NCBI GenBank assembly: GCA_934255405.1
Contig: CAKQNT010000007.1
Location: 286-64,285 of the forward strand
Direction: 5' to 3'
Origin: an uncultured Alphaproteobacteria bacterium
GTDB lineage: Bacteria > Pseudomonadota > Alphaproteobacteria > RF32 > CAG-239
DNA: 64,000 bases
The notes beneath the pieces were generated by a model, which saw only the letters and a program-made list of their open reading frames with translations, was not told the DNA's origin and ran no database searches. Below are positions 11,222-21,399 of this stretch, one piece after another. Positions within the stretch are counted from its first letter, which is position 1. Each line of letters begins with the position of its first letter. A program made the translations under genes and the position numbers.

Positions 11222-12564
11222 AATTGTTTTATCCAATCGTTTATTGCCGCAAGCGCTCGTTCGCAATATGCCTGTTTGCGCTCACCGCCCTTAATTTTGC
11301 GAAATTTGCCGTTAGCGGTGGTCTCGCCGCAGATTGTTGGAAACAGCCCAAAATTTATGTTCATCGGCTGATAATTTTCAATATTGGTAGAGTCTTGCAA
11401 ATGTCCCAGCATTGAGCCTAACGCTGTCACATCAGGCGGCAGAGTCGGCTCCTTATTCAATGCTTCGCAGGCGGCAAAATATCCGGCCAAAAATCCTATT
11501 GCCGCGCTTTCAATATATCCCTCGCAGCCGGTGATTTGTCCGGCAAAAGAAATATTGGGCTTGCTTTTGAGCCGCAAATATTTATCCAACAGCAGCGGGC
11601 TTTTGATAAAGGTGTTTTTATGAATCCCTCCCAGTCTGGCAAAACGCGCGTTTTCCAACCCCGGAATCATGCGGAATATTCGCTGCTGCTCGCCGTGTTT
11701 GAGTTTAGTCTGAAAACCGACCATATTGCGCAGAGTGTCTTCTTTGTTGTCTTGTCGCAACTGCACCACCGCATAAGGTTTGCGCTCCGGATTATGCGGA
11801 TTAGTCAGTCCCACCGGTTTCATCGGCCCAAACAACAGCGTGTCTTTACCGCGTTCTGCCATCACTTCAACCGGCAGACAGCCGTCAAAATATTCGGCCT
11901 TTTCAAAATCATGAAATTCAACCTTTTCGCCATCTAAAAGCGCCTGCACAAAGTTGTAATATTCGTCTTTATCCATTGGGCAGTTAATATAGTCAAATTT
12001 ATCCCCTTTGTCATAGCGCGATTGATACCAGGCTTTGTCAAAGTTTATGCTGTCTTTGTAGATTACCGGAGCAATCGCGTCATAAAAGTTCAGCGATTGA
12101 TTGTCGACCTCTTGCAAAATAGCCTTAATCAAATCTGGTGATGTCAGCGGACCGCTGGCAATAATCCAACGCTCATCGGCGGGAGGAATCTGGCTGATTT
12201 CTTCATTTACAATCTCAATAAGCCGGTGACTGCGCAACCGCTCTGTCACCATTTTGGCAAAGCCGTCTCTGTCCACGGCCAAAGCACCGCCGGCCGGAAC
12301 TTTGGTAGCATCGGCGCATTGCATAATCAACGATCCGGCGCGCCGCATCTCTTCGTGTAGCAAACCGACTGCGCTGGCTGCGGCGTCATCAGAGCGCAGA
12401 GAGTTTGAGCAAACCAACTCGGCGCAATATTGGGTCTTGTGTGCCGGAGAATATTTGAGCGGGCGCATCTCATGGATTATAACTCTAATGCCTCGCTCTG
12501 CCAACTGCCAAGCGGCCTCAGAGCCGGCCAAACCGGCGCCGGCGATGTGTATTGTTTTTGCCAT
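11218..12564 (-). CDS. trmFO: methylenetetrahydrofolate--tRNA-(uracil54-C5)-methyltransferase TrmFO
   Basis: N-terminal FAD motif [16 protein letters not shown], ~445 aa, Gid/TrmFO-specific conserved blocks. Confidence 0.85.
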   Translation of the reverse strand: MAKTIHIAGAGLAGSEAAWQLAERGIRVIIHEMRPLKYSPAHKTQYCAELVCSNSLRSDDAAASAVGLLHEEMRRAGSLIMQCADATKVPAGGALAVDRDGFAKMVTERLRSHRLIEIVNEEISQIPPADERWIIASGPLTSPDLIKAILQEVDNQSLNFYDAIAPVIYKDSINFDKAWYQSRYDKGDKFDYINCPMDKDEYYNFVQALLDGEKVEFHDFEKAEYFDGCLPVEVMAERGKDTLLFGPMKPVGLTNPHNPERKPYAVVQLRQDNKEDTLRNMVGFQTKLKHGEQQRIFRMIPGLENARFARLGGIHKNTFIKSPLLLDKYLRLKSKPNISFAGQITGCEGYIESAAIGFLAGYFAACEALNKEPTLPPDVTALGSMLGHLQDSTNIENYQPMNINFGLFPTICGETTANGKFRKIKGGERKQAYCERALAAINDWIKQL

Positions 12565-12708
12565 TTTTGTTTCCTCAATCCAGAATAGAGGTTTTTATAG
12601 CTTTTTTGTGCTCAATTGTAAACAAAAACTTCCTATGTGATAAGTTAAGCATAATGTTTGCCATTGATAATAAATACGGCTATAGTGAAACAAATTAGAT
12701 AAGAGTAT

Positions 12709-13851
12709 ATGTTAATGATGCCGCGTTTTGTTGTTATCGGGCTGGTGGCCCTGGCTTTTGTGAATCCCGCTTTTGCCAGCGAGGATGAAGATCCGTTTAT
12801 CTTCGGCGATGAGGTCCCCGCTGATGTTGCCGAGACCGATTCTGTTGTTCCGGCGGAACCTGTCAGCTGGCATGAGGAGAGCGCGCCGGCATTGCGCAGC
12901 ACTCCCGCGGTTGAAGGCGATTTTGCGCCGCCGTCGTCCGAGCTCACACCACCAGCGCAAGAGCTGCCGGATTTGCCGGAGCTTCCGCCATATCCGCAGT
13001 CTCCGGCAGTAGAGAATGTTCCGGCTCCACAGCCCCAAATCTCCAAAGAACAGACCCTGACCGAAACCCTCAAGCAGGATCCCAAGGTTGCCAATCCGGT
13101 GCTTCCGTCCAAAGTTGAGGATTCTTGGGTTGGCAAACTGGCGACCAAAAATCCGCTTTCTCTTATCAGCGGCGACAAAGATTCCGGAGATTCTGCCAGC
13201 CTTGAAAAAATGGTGGATACCGCCCGCACTAACCAAAACGCCAATCGTCGTTCTAATGCTTCGGTTTTTGATATCTCGGGTGTAATGTTACGCATGAGCC
13301 TCAAACAGGTGGATCGCGTTATGCAGAACCGCGGTTTTCGCAAAATTGTGCAAAAATACCAGATTCCCAACTTTATTAAGTGGCGTAATGAGGAGTTTTG
13401 CCGCAACACAGGCGTGGTTGGCTATGAGCGGATAGAGAGCTGCGTCACCCAAAAAGCCAAAAAAGAGAGCCACCAATATGTGCAGACGGCCAAATACGCC
13501 AAATATGACACCAAAGAGGAGATGGAAGTAACTTTTTCCAGCAATTTCACCGATAACAAAGTAATTAAAATCGTTTATCGCAGTCAGGCCGCCAATGTCA
13601 CCGGCAATAGTCCCAAGGCCACCTATTTGCGCAATATAAAAGTTTATGATTTTTGGAAAAAAATTAACCAAAAGTATGGTAAGCCTGATGATAAAGAGAA
13701 CGTAACCTGGGGAATTGGCGGCAACAAGCCGTTTCTTAAGGCTGCCACCGGCTACCTTAAGCTGGAGGACCCCATGCTGCGAGAGTTGGATTATACCCGT
13801 ATGTCGCGCGAAGATCAGCGCTATATGAATACGGATTTATATAGTTTTTAG
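12709..13851 (+). CDS. secreted proline-rich hypothetical protein
   Basis: signal peptide (MMPRFVVIGLVALAFVNPAFA), acidic/Pro-rich N-terminal half, basic C-terminal half; no family recognised. Confidence 0.45.
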   Translation: MLMMPRFVVIGLVALAFVNPAFASEDEDPFIFGDEVPADVAETDSVVPAEPVSWHEESAPALRSTPAVEGDFAPPSSELTPPAQELPDLPELPPYPQSPAVENVPAPQPQISKEQTLTETLKQDPKVANPVLPSKVEDSWVGKLATKNPLSLISGDKDSGDSASLEKMVDTARTNQNANRRSNASVFDISGVMLRMSLKQVDRVMQNRGFRKIVQKYQIPNFIKWRNEEFCRNTGVVGYERIESCVTQKAKKESHQYVQTAKYAKYDTKEEMEVTFSSNFTDNKVIKIVYRSQAANVTGNSPKATYLRNIKVYDFWKKINQKYGKPDDKENVTWGIGGNKPFLKAATGYLKLEDPMLRELDYTRMSREDQRYMNTDLYSF

Positions 13852-13860
13852 GATGTTTAT

Positions 13861-14460
13861 TTGATGGATAAAAAGTTATCTGAACTTATCTGCACACGAA
13901 TCAGTCACGACCTCATCGGTAATATCGGCGCGGTTGCCAATGCCGCAGAGCTGCTGGAAGAAGAAAACGATATTGCCGAGGTTAAAGAGGTTTTGCCGAT
14001 TCTCAAAATCGGGTCGGGCGTTTTGGTTGCCAGACTGCGTTTTTTTCGAATGCTGTTTGGTTTGCATAGCCCCAATATCGAGGATATGGTGGTGGTCAAA
14101 CAAACTACCGCGGCTTATTTGGCTACCACTGGCGGCAAACAGCCTCCGGCTCTGAACTTTGCGCTAGAGACTCCGCGCTATGCTGTGGCGGCAATGGCGG
14201 CGGTAATGGCTTTGGCAGATTTAATGCGCGGCGGCAGTATTAATGTTGTGGAGCAGGGGGGCAAAGTCAGCGTGTCTGTCAGTGGCGATGTCAAGCTTGG
14301 CGACAGCAAGGTCGAGCAGTTTGTCAGTGTTCTCAAGTCAACGGCGGCGGAGATTTCGGCTCAAGATGTTCCGTTGCTCTATTTGTTGGATGTTTGCCGC
14401 AATTGCGGAATTAAATTGTCTTTTGGCAGCAATCCGATGCTGCGTTTGGTTTTGGAGTAA
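13861..14460 (+). CDS. chpT: ChpT-like histidine phosphotransferase
   Basis: HisKA-like H-box ICTRISHDLIGNIGAVANAAELL matches the ChpT family (LCHDLISP.GAI); ~200 aa; followed by a single-domain receiver. Confidence 0.55.
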   Translation: MMDKKLSELICTRISHDLIGNIGAVANAAELLEEENDIAEVKEVLPILKIGSGVLVARLRFFRMLFGLHSPNIEDMVVVKQTTAAYLATTGGKQPPALNFALETPRYAVAAMAAVMALADLMRGGSINVVEQGGKVSVSVSGDVKLGDSKVEQFVSVLKSTAAEISAQDVPLLYLLDVCRNCGIKLSFGSNPMLRLVLE

Positions 14461-14463
14461 AAA

Positions 14464-14829
14464 ATGCGCAAGTGCTTGATTGCCGATGATTCAAAAATTA
14501 TGCGAATGCTTCTCCGCAAGATTATGGAGAACTTCGGTTTTGATGTGTCTGAGGCCGAAGACGGTGAAGATGTTTTGGAGCAGTGCGTTTCTTATCGTCC
14601 GGATCTTATAATCAGCGATTGGTCTTTGCCGCTGATAGACGGGATAGATGTCTTGTACAAAATCCGCGCTGACCGCAAAATTAACCAGCCGCAATTTATG
14701 TTTTGTTCCTATGTGACGGATGCGGCAGTTATTCGTCAGGCTCTGGACGGCGGAGCCGATGATTTTATTATGCGGCCGTTTGATGAAGATATTATTGCCG
14801 GAAAACTTGCCATATTAGGATTGTTATAA
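14464..14829 (+). CDS. single-domain response regulator (CheY/CpdR/DivK-like receiver)
   Basis: receiver-domain residues DD..(phospho-Asp in IISDWSLP)..K; 121 aa with no output domain. Confidence 0.75.
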   Translation: MRKCLIADDSKIMRMLLRKIMENFGFDVSEAEDGEDVLEQCVSYRPDLIISDWSLPLIDGIDVLYKIRADRKINQPQFMFCSYVTDAAVIRQALDGGADDFIMRPFDEDIIAGKLAILGLL

Positions 14830-15770
14830 TGAAAAAACAAGATTTTGAGTTTTTGATAACATTACTGCGAGATAACGCCGGTTGGGAGTTTGATGAGGAA
14901 CAGTATTTTGTCGTGGATAAAAAAATGTCTAACTTTATCCGCGAAAAAGGCTATGCCTCGGTAGAGGAGCTGATTGCCGAGCTCAAAGTCGGCAGCAAAG
15001 CGCTGATTGCGCAGGTGGTGGAGAGCATGGCTTTTTCCGATACCTCGTTTTATCGGGATTATGATGTATTTATGCGCTTTGAAAATTCGTTGCTTCCCAA
15101 CTTGCGAGAGAGCAACCGCGCCAGCAAAAAATTGCGTTTTTGGAGTTTGGGCTGCAGCACCGGACAAGAGACTTATTCCATGGCATTTGCCATCAAACGC
15201 AAATTTATCGGGCTAGACAGCTGGAATATTGATATTATCGGCACAGATCTTTCATCTTTGGCCATTGCCAAGGCACAGCGCGGACAATACAATAATTTTG
15301 AGATTCAGATGGGGCTAAACGCTCGTATGATTCTGGAGTTTTTTCATCAGGACAGCGATGGTCTGTGGCAGGTTAATGATGATATTGCCAAGATGGTGGA
15401 ATTTCGCCGTTACAATATGCTGAATGAGGTTACCTTCACCGATAAATTTGAAGTCATTTTCTGCCGCAATGTTTTGCGCTACTTTGCGCCGGAACATCAA
15501 TCGCAGATTCTGCGTCGTATCAGCAATTGTCAAACTGTTGGTGGAATTTTATGTTTGGGCAAAAACGAGCATATTCGCGGCGTAGAAGAATATTATGCCA
15601 AGCTGGACGGCTACAATTGCATATATGTCAACAAGGGGTTAACCGATGAAAAACCTCGGCTGTCAATCAGTCCGGAAGATGATTCTATGGATAGCGGAAT
15701 GCCGCGTTTTGTTCGGCCGGATGCCCTAAGCCCCCGCCGCCACCTTGCCTCTGAGTTCATCAAAAAATAG
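14829..15770 (+). CDS. cheR: CheR-type protein-glutamate O-methyltransferase
   Basis: CheR N-terminal helical domain plus SAM-MTase core (LRFWSLGCSTGQETYSMA, IIGTDLS..AI..A..G.Y). Confidence 0.7.
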   Translation: MKKQDFEFLITLLRDNAGWEFDEEQYFVVDKKMSNFIREKGYASVEELIAELKVGSKALIAQVVESMAFSDTSFYRDYDVFMRFENSLLPNLRESNRASKKLRFWSLGCSTGQETYSMAFAIKRKFIGLDSWNIDIIGTDLSSLAIAKAQRGQYNNFEIQMGLNARMILEFFHQDSDGLWQVNDDIAKMVEFRRYNMLNEVTFTDKFEVIFCRNVLRYFAPEHQSQILRRISNCQTVGGILCLGKNEHIRGVEEYYAKLDGYNCIYVNKGLTDEKPRLSISPEDDSMDSGMPRFVRPDALSPRRHLASEFIKK

Positions 15771-15805
15771 AAACATCAATCGCGGTTATCTGAATGCAAA
15801 ATAAA

Positions 15806-15836
15806 GCTCCCTCGCTTTAATCTTAAGAGAGGGAGC
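15806..15836. terminator. bidirectional hairpin terminator between convergent cheR and ctrA
   Basis: GCTCCCTC-N15-GAGGGAGC stem with T/A-rich flanks on both sides. Confidence 0.5.
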
Positions 15837-15856
15837 AAAATTGTGTATTTTAATAG

Positions 15857-16549
15857 TTATTGCTTAACCGGCAAATCTGGATCGCGCAGAACATAGCCGC
15901 GTCCCCAAACCGTTTCAATATAATTCTTGCCGCCGGAAGCTTTCTCCAACTTTTTGCGCAATTTACAGATAAACACGTCAATAATCTTGAGTTCGGGTTC
16001 ATCAATTCCGCCATAGAGGTGGTTAAGAAACTGGTCTTTGTTGAGGGTAGAGCCTTTGCGCAAAGACAGCAATTCCATAATTCCATATTCTTTACCGGTG
16101 AGGTGCAAAGCTTTGCCACAGACACTGACAGTCTGATTATCGAGGTTAACCTCAACATCTCCGGTGCGGATAATAGAATTAGAGTGCCCTTTAGAGCGGC
16201 GCACCACCGCCTGAATACGAGCCAAAAGTTCAGATTTATCAAACGGCTTGGTCAGATAATCGTCGGCGCCATAGCCCAAACCCTTAACCTTCTTATCTGG
16301 CTCAGTAAGACCGGAGAGGATTAGAACCGGAGTGTTGACCTTTGAGGCGCGCAGATTTTTGAGCACTTCATAACCATTCATATCCGGCAACATCAAATCC
16401 AAAATTATGATGTCATAATCATAAAGTTTGCCAATCTCCAGCCCATCTTCGCCCAAATCGGTGGTATCAACAATCATGCCCTCTTTTTTGAGCATGGTTT
16501 CAATACTTTGTGAGATTGCATAATCGTCTTCAACTAACAAAACACGCAT
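15857..16549 (-). CDS. ctrA: cell-cycle master response regulator CtrA
   Basis: near full-length match to alphaproteobacterial CtrA ([64 protein letters not shown]). Confidence 0.9.
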   Translation of the reverse strand: MRVLLVEDDYAISQSIETMLKKEGMIVDTTDLGEDGLEIGKLYDYDIIILDLMLPDMNGYEVLKNLRASKVNTPVLILSGLTEPDKKVKGLGYGADDYLTKPFDKSELLARIQAVVRRSKGHSNSIIRTGDVEVNLDNQTVSVCGKALHLTGKEYGIMELLSLRKGSTLNKDQFLNHLYGGIDEPELKIIDVFICKLRKKLEKASGGKNYIETVWGRGYVLRDPDLPVKQ

Positions 16550-16648
16550 AATCGCTCCCCCTTGAATTTATTTTTTAGATAGAGGTATCTTAATGCTATT
16601 TTTTTTAATTGTTAACTTTTTTAACAAGGCTGTTAATAATTATTAACA

Positions 16649-16681
16649 ACTTTTATCTCAAGGCAAAAATTGATTGCTTCG
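16649..16681. repeat. partial copy of dispersed repeat family B (CTTTTATCTCAAGGCAAAAATTGATTGCTTCGG)
   Basis: shares >30 nt with the copies at 19613-19676 and 41070-41127. Confidence 0.6.
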
Positions 16682-16883
16682 GTTCACTAACGTTCCGCCC
16701 CGCTTGGCCGGTCAGCTGCACTATAATAACCATATGCCGAACAAACAGTTATGTAAATTAAATCAATGCAAAATTGCTTGGCTTTGACAAAATAAGCGGG
16801 CAGATGTTAATAAAATTAAAAACTGCTGAAATTTATTTGAAAGCGATTTATATTAAACCCCAAAAGAGAAAGGGGCTCATCAC

Positions 16884-18224
16884 GTGTCTGAATTAACCGA
16901 CAATATTTTGCAAGAAGTAGAAAAGCTGGAAACCGCCGCTTATTACGGCAAAGTTACCGGCGTGCAGGGGCTGTTTATCGAGGTCAGCGGCATTCCTTCG
17001 GGGCTTTCTATCGGTGATCGTTGCAATGTTGTTAACAATAACCGCAAAAACGTGGCTTGCGAAGTGGTCAGCTTTAAGGAAGACAAATTATTGCTAATGC
17101 CGTACGGCTCGTTGGAGGGTATCGGACTAGGTTGTCGGGTGGAGGTGGAAGACGCTCATCCGGTGATATATCCGCATCGTTCCTGGCTGGGGCGTATTGT
17201 CAACGCTTTTGGCGAGGCCATAGACGGCAAAGGTCCGCTGATTAAGGGCAATAAGCCTTATTTTATCAAATCTTCTCCGCCGCCGGCGCAATTCCGCGAC
17301 CGTGTCAAAGGCAAGGTGGATTTGGGTGTTAAGGCGGTCAACACCTTTCTGACTATTTGCAAAGGACAGCGTATGGGTATTTTTGCCGGTTCCGGCGTCG
17401 GCAAATCTACCTTGATGTCTATGATGGCCAGACACACCAGCTCCGATGTGTCAATTATCGGGTTGATTGGCGAGCGCGGACGAGAGGCCAAAGAGTTTGT
17501 GGAAGATGTTTTAGGCGCCGAGGGGTTGGAGAAATCAGTTCTGGTCTTGGCAACCTCTGATGAAAGCCCGTTGCTCCGCCGCCAAGCCGCCTACGTGACT
17601 ATGGCGATTGCCGAATATTTTCGTGATGAAAACAAAGATGTCTTATGTATGATGGATTCTATCACCCGTTTTGCCATGGCGCAGCGTGAGATTGCTCTTT
17701 CTATCGGCGAGCCTCCGGCTTCTAAGGGCTATACTCCGAGTGTGTTCTCCGAGCTGCCGCGTTTGCTGGAGCGGGCAGGGCCGGGCTCCGGCAATGGCAC
17801 AATCACCGGATTGTTTACGGTTTTGGTTGATGGCGATGATCACAACGAGCCGGTGGCGGACGCTGTGCGCTCCATCTTGGACGGGCATATTGTGTTGGAC
17901 AGAGCTATTGCCGAGCGCGGGCGCTATCCGGCTATCAACATCTTGCGCTCAATTTCTCGTACCATGCCCGATTGCGACACCAAAGAGGAGTTTGCGCTGG
18001 TTTCTAAGGCTCGCAAATATATTGCCGCCTATGAAGATATGGCGGAGCTGATTCGCCTTGGCGCCTACAAAAAGGGCTCCAATAAGAATGTTGATGAGGC
18101 AATCTTTTATTATCCCAAAATTGAGGCTTTTTTGTCGCAGGGCAAGCAGGAGCGCTTTACTTTGCCGGAATGCTACGAGTTGTTGGGCAATATTTTGGCG
18201 ATTCCTTATTCTATGGAAGTCTGA
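16884..18224 (+). CDS. fliI: flagellum-specific ATP synthase FliI
   Basis: F1/T3SS-ATPase family with Walker A GSGVGKST and conserved FliI blocks; GTG start with a GGGG RBS. Confidence 0.9.
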   Translation: MSELTDNILQEVEKLETAAYYGKVTGVQGLFIEVSGIPSGLSIGDRCNVVNNNRKNVACEVVSFKEDKLLLMPYGSLEGIGLGCRVEVEDAHPVIYPHRSWLGRIVNAFGEAIDGKGPLIKGNKPYFIKSSPPPAQFRDRVKGKVDLGVKAVNTFLTICKGQRMGIFAGSGVGKSTLMSMMARHTSSDVSIIGLIGERGREAKEFVEDVLGAEGLEKSVLVLATSDESPLLRRQAAYVTMAIAEYFRDENKDVLCMMDSITRFAMAQREIALSIGEPPASKGYTPSVFSELPRLLERAGPGSGNGTITGLFTVLVDGDDHNEPVADAVRSILDGHIVLDRAIAERGRYPAINILRSISRTMPDCDTKEEFALVSKARKYIAAYEDMAELIRLGAYKKGSNKNVDEAIFYYPKIEAFLSQGKQERFTLPECYELLGNILAIPYSMEV

Positions 18225-18229
18225 CTTAA

Positions 18230-18643
18230 ATGAATAAGTCTCTTAAAACCCTGAGCCGGATTCAAAAATTTCAGATTGACGAGCAGCGCAAACTGATGGC
18301 AGAAAAGATGAATGAAGAAACTGCCGTTATGGATAATCTGCGCCAAATGGACGAGCGCTTTGCCGCCGAAAAGGCTTTTGCCGCCCAAAACCCTGCGGTG
18401 GGTGATTTTGGCGCCTATACCAAACGTTATTTGGATTTGCGCCATGCCGAGGAAGAGCATTTGCAACAAATTCGCGCCGAGATTGAGGCGATTCGCGATA
18501 AGATATCCGATATGTTTAAGGAGCAAAAAACTTTTGAAATCGTAGATCGTCAGCGCGCCGCCGCCGAGCGCAAAGAATTAGAACAAAAAGACCAAAAGAT
18601 GCTTGATGAAATAGGTACCAATGCTTATATCAAAAAACACTGA
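18230..18643 (+). CDS. fliJ: flagellar export protein FliJ-like coiled-coil protein
   Basis: 137-aa all-helical coiled-coil ORF immediately downstream of fliI. Confidence 0.5.
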   Translation: MNKSLKTLSRIQKFQIDEQRKLMAEKMNEETAVMDNLRQMDERFAAEKAFAAQNPAVGDFGAYTKRYLDLRHAEEEHLQQIRAEIEAIRDKISDMFKEQKTFEIVDRQRAAAERKELEQKDQKMLDEIGTNAYIKKH

Positions 18644-18663
18644 CAACTGCAAAGGAGAACGCT

Positions 18664-19239
18664 ATGTTTGAGATGATTGAACTTCCATATCCGATTGATG
18701 CGCTTGAACCATATATTTCTAAAAACACGCTGGAATTTCATTATGGCAAGCACTACAAAACCTATCTGGACAATCTCAATAAGCTTGTGGTCGGCACGGA
18801 ATATGAGGCTATGACTTTGGAGGAGATTGTGCGCCAAACCTATGGCAAGCCGGATAAACAGGCGATTTTTAACAATGCCGCGCAGTCGCTGAATCACCAA
18901 ATGTTTTGGCACGCGCTCAAGCCCAATGGCGGCGGAGAGCCCAAAGGTAAGCTTGCAGAGCTCATAAACAAGCAGTTTGGCTCGTATGATGAATTTTGTC
19001 AGCAGTTCAAAACTGCCGCTCTGAGCCAGTTTGGCAGCGGTTGGGCATGGTTGGTGCAAGACGGCGATAAATTGGAAATCATCAAAACCGCCAACGCCGA
19101 TACTCCGGTTGCTCAGGGCAAAAAGGTCATCACCGTGCTTGATGTCTGGGAGCATTCTTATTATTTGGATTATCAGAATCGCCGCGGCGACTATATTGAT
19201 GAATTTTTGGATTATCTCCTCAATTGGCCGGAGATTTAG
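18664..19239 (+). CDS. sodB: Fe/Mn superoxide dismutase
   Basis: LPYPIDALEPYIS..EFHYGKHY, metal ligands H26/H-x, DVWEHSYYLDYQNRR signature. Confidence 0.9.
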   Translation: MFEMIELPYPIDALEPYISKNTLEFHYGKHYKTYLDNLNKLVVGTEYEAMTLEEIVRQTYGKPDKQAIFNNAAQSLNHQMFWHALKPNGGGEPKGKLAELINKQFGSYDEFCQQFKTAALSQFGSGWAWLVQDGDKLEIIKTANADTPVAQGKKVITVLDVWEHSYYLDYQNRRGDYIDEFLDYLLNWPEI

Positions 19240-19257
19240 CCCGAATTTAAAAACGCA

Positions 19258-19290
19258 AAAGCGCTTCTTTTGACAGAAGCGCTTTGTTTG
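19258..19290 (+). terminator. rho-independent terminator of sodB
   Basis: AAAGCGCTTC-loop-GAAGCGCTTT hairpin followed by GTTTGT. Confidence 0.6.
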
Positions 19291-19303
19291 TATGTTTGGG
19301 TTG

Positions 19304-19507
19304 TTATTCAAAATACCCGTTGCGAGCACGCAGCCAGCGCAGACCCAGCAGAGCCAAGCCAACCCAGGCACAGCATCCTGATACACCAAATGCTATGTTC
19401 ATGCATATTGCATTTCTTAGCATAGCAGAAACCCAGAACACCATAATCCCCAGCGCCGCAATCATCAAGAATGCAAACGCAAATTTCTCAATCTTTCTCA
19501 TAACCAA
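19304..19507 (-). CDS. possible small membrane protein (67 aa)
   Basis: two predicted TM segments; no homology recognised; may be spurious. Confidence 0.2.
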   Translation of the reverse strand: MVMRKIEKFAFAFLMIAALGIMVFWVSAMLRNAICMNIAFGVSGCCAWVGLALLGLRWLRARNGYFE

Positions 19508-19612
19508 AAAAATTAAATTAGTAATCTATTTATCACTAACCAATATAACACAAATTTAAGCTTATTCCAAGCAAAATTTTAAATTCTAATTTATTTATTG
19601 CAAAGCAGTTGC

Positions 19613-19676
19613 GTGAGCGGTGATAGCCGTGAGAAGCAATCCATCTTTATCTCAAGGCAAAAAATGATTGCTTGGC
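19613..19676. repeat. dispersed repeat family B copy with internal inverted repeat
   Basis: AGCGGTGATAGCCGTGAGAAGCAATCCATCTTTATCTCAAGGCAAAAAATGATTGCTTGGC; near-identical to 41070-41127. Confidence 0.6.
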
Positions 19677-19730
19677 AATAATATTACCCCTGCCTTAGTC
19701 CTTTCCCGTTAAGGGGAAGTGAAGAGGGTG

Positions 19731-19760
19731 CAACAAAAAACCTCCCTAGGGGAGGTTTTT
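19731..19760 (-). terminator. hairpin terminator downstream of tRNA-Ser
   Basis: AACCTCCCTAGGGGAGGTT palindrome with T-runs on both strands. Confidence 0.6.
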
Positions 19761-19765
19761 ATCAT

Positions 19766-19857
19766 TGGCGGATGAGGAGGGATTTGAACCCCCGATACAG
19801 GTCACCCCGTATACACGATTTCGAGTCGCGCGCATTCAGCCTCTCTGCCACTCATCC
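19766..19857 (-). tRNA. tRNA-Ser (anticodon CGA)
   Basis: reverse complement folds as a class II tRNA: acceptor GGATGAG/CTCATCC, anticodon loop CTCGAAA, long variable arm, TTCAAAT T-loop, encoded CCA. Confidence 0.85.
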
Positions 19858-20024
19858 AGTATGTGTTTATTACTCTAAAATAATTATTGTCTCACCAACC
19901 GTCAATGCGCGCTCTACGGGCTGCGCCCTCTCGCGCTTAATTGGCTCATCCATTCTCCGAATGGCTATCGCCTTATCTATTAAATGTTTTCTTTATAATT
20001 TGCAAGTATAATTTTTGTTCTTTG

Positions 20025-20399
20025 CTATCTCTCATTTTCGGGGCGGTAGCGAACATATTCTTTATCCGCCATCGGTCTAATAAAAAATCCCACCGCATCA
20101 AGTTCTTTTTGCATATCTTCTGAATAAATGCGATTGAGGCGGATCATAACTTCTTCTTTGTTGTCATAGCCCAAGGCTTGCGGGGTGAGGGCGTCTACCA
20201 AATCGCTGAAATTGTCAAAAATTGCAATTCCCGTAACCTCGCAGTCCAGTTCCTCGCCGGTTGAGGAGTTGTGCATTTCCAAGACATCGTGCAGTTTAAT
20301 CTGTTGGGCTTTTTTATCCAGCAGGTGCACCCCGATTTTGCGGTTTCCGCTTTTAATTTTATTAAACGAAAATTCATGAACCAGCATTGAATATTTCAT
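20025..20399 (-). CDS. ASCH-domain (YqfB-like) protein
   Basis: 124-aa beta-barrel-like ORF with the ASCH-type N-terminal pattern (FSFNKIKSGNRKIGVHL). Confidence 0.4.
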   Translation of the reverse strand: MKYSMLVHEFSFNKIKSGNRKIGVHLLDKKAQQIKLHDVLEMHNSSTGEELDCEVTGIAIFDNFSDLVDALTPQALGYDNKEEVMIRLNRIYSEDMQKELDAVGFFIRPMADKEYVRYRPENER

Positions 20400-20451
20400 T
20401 GTGCTCTCCTAGTCTGTCCTGCTGGCATTATAGCAAGAAAATTGCAAAAGT

Positions 20452-21321
20452 CTACAATCTCTCTGTCAAAAGCAGCGCCGCGCCGAGCATTCCGGCATTA
20501 TTCTCAAATTTTGCCTGCTTAAGCGCAAAAGGCTGGGTCAGAATCTCGCTGTTTGCCTGTTTGTTGAGTTTTTCATATTCAACAAACTGCGCCATTGAGC
20601 CGGAGAGCACCACCACCTCGGGGTCAAACAAATTTCCCACCATAACCAAAGCGTTTTCCAAACAGCTTTGCCAGTGGTCAAACGCCGCCCGCGCTTTCTG
20701 ATTTCCATCTTTGATTCCGCGGATAACATCATAGCTGGTTGAATCCGGTGACATATAAATTTTGGCATCGGTAGTCAAGGCGTTGCCGGAAACATAGGTT
20801 TCCAAACAGTCATACATTCCGCAACCGCACTTACGCTCGTGTCCGCTGTCAAAGCGCACGTGCATTTCTCCTGCCGAACCGGATTTTCCTTTTAGCAATC
20901 TCCCGTTAACAATAATTCCTGCGCCCACGCCGGTCCCGAGAGTAAGCACAATCGCGTCTTTGGTTCCCTGAGCGGCGCCGAGCTTAAACTCTGCCCAAGC
21001 TGCGGCATTTGCGTCATTTTCCAACAAAATCGGTTTGCCGGTCAAAGACAAAAAGTCCAGCTGATCATATCCCTCCGGCAGGTTGCCGGTGCGCCCGATT
21101 ATTTTGGTGTTCTCATTGTTGATGGGGCCGGCGGTAGCAATCGCCACGCCGTCAATCTCGTCTTCAGAGCCCTTGATTACCGTTTTTAATAGTTCATATA
21201 TGCCGGCTGAAGTTTTTGGCGTGGTTACTTTGATAATTTCGTTGGTAAATTCGCCTTTTTCATTGATGATTGCATACGCGATTTTGGTTCCGCCAATATC
21301 AAATGCCAAAACTTTTTTCAT
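20452..21321 (-). CDS. ROK-family sugar kinase (glucokinase-like)
   Basis: LAFDIGGTKIAYAI N-terminus, ENDANAAAWAE, zinc-binding CGCG..C motif of the ROK family. Confidence 0.8.
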   Translation of the reverse strand: MKKVLAFDIGGTKIAYAIINEKGEFTNEIIKVTTPKTSAGIYELLKTVIKGSEDEIDGVAIATAGPINNENTKIIGRTGNLPEGYDQLDFLSLTGKPILLENDANAAAWAEFKLGAAQGTKDAIVLTLGTGVGAGIIVNGRLLKGKSGSAGEMHVRFDSGHERKCGCGMYDCLETYVSGNALTTDAKIYMSPDSTSYDVIRGIKDGNQKARAAFDHWQSCLENALVMVGNLFDPEVVVLSGSMAQFVEYEKLNKQANSEILTQPFALKQAKFENNAGMLGAALLLTERL

Positions 21322-21399
21322 TTTTCACCTCTATATAAGATATAATCATAAATTATTATAATCATATCTTATATTTACTAAAAAAGTTTGAAAGACTGA

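Noticed and set aside
12645-13409. 254-aa and 174-aa minus-strand ORFs overlapping the secreted-protein gene
   Set aside because: Antisense to a better-supported plus-strand CDS, Ser/Gly/Arg-rich low-complexity translation, no RBS; typical shadow ORFs.
16590-16650. Candidate CtrA boxes (TTAA-N7-TTAAC) in the ctrA-fliI intergenic region
   Set aside because: Many TTAA(C) half-sites are present (16590, 16605, 16612, 16620, 16632, 16642) but the spacings are N3 and N6, not N7, and the region is simply AT-rich. It cannot be called from sequence alone.
18625-19389. 254-aa minus-strand ORF covering sodB
   Set aside because: Fully antisense to the clearly homologous sodB gene and runs through its terminator; spurious.
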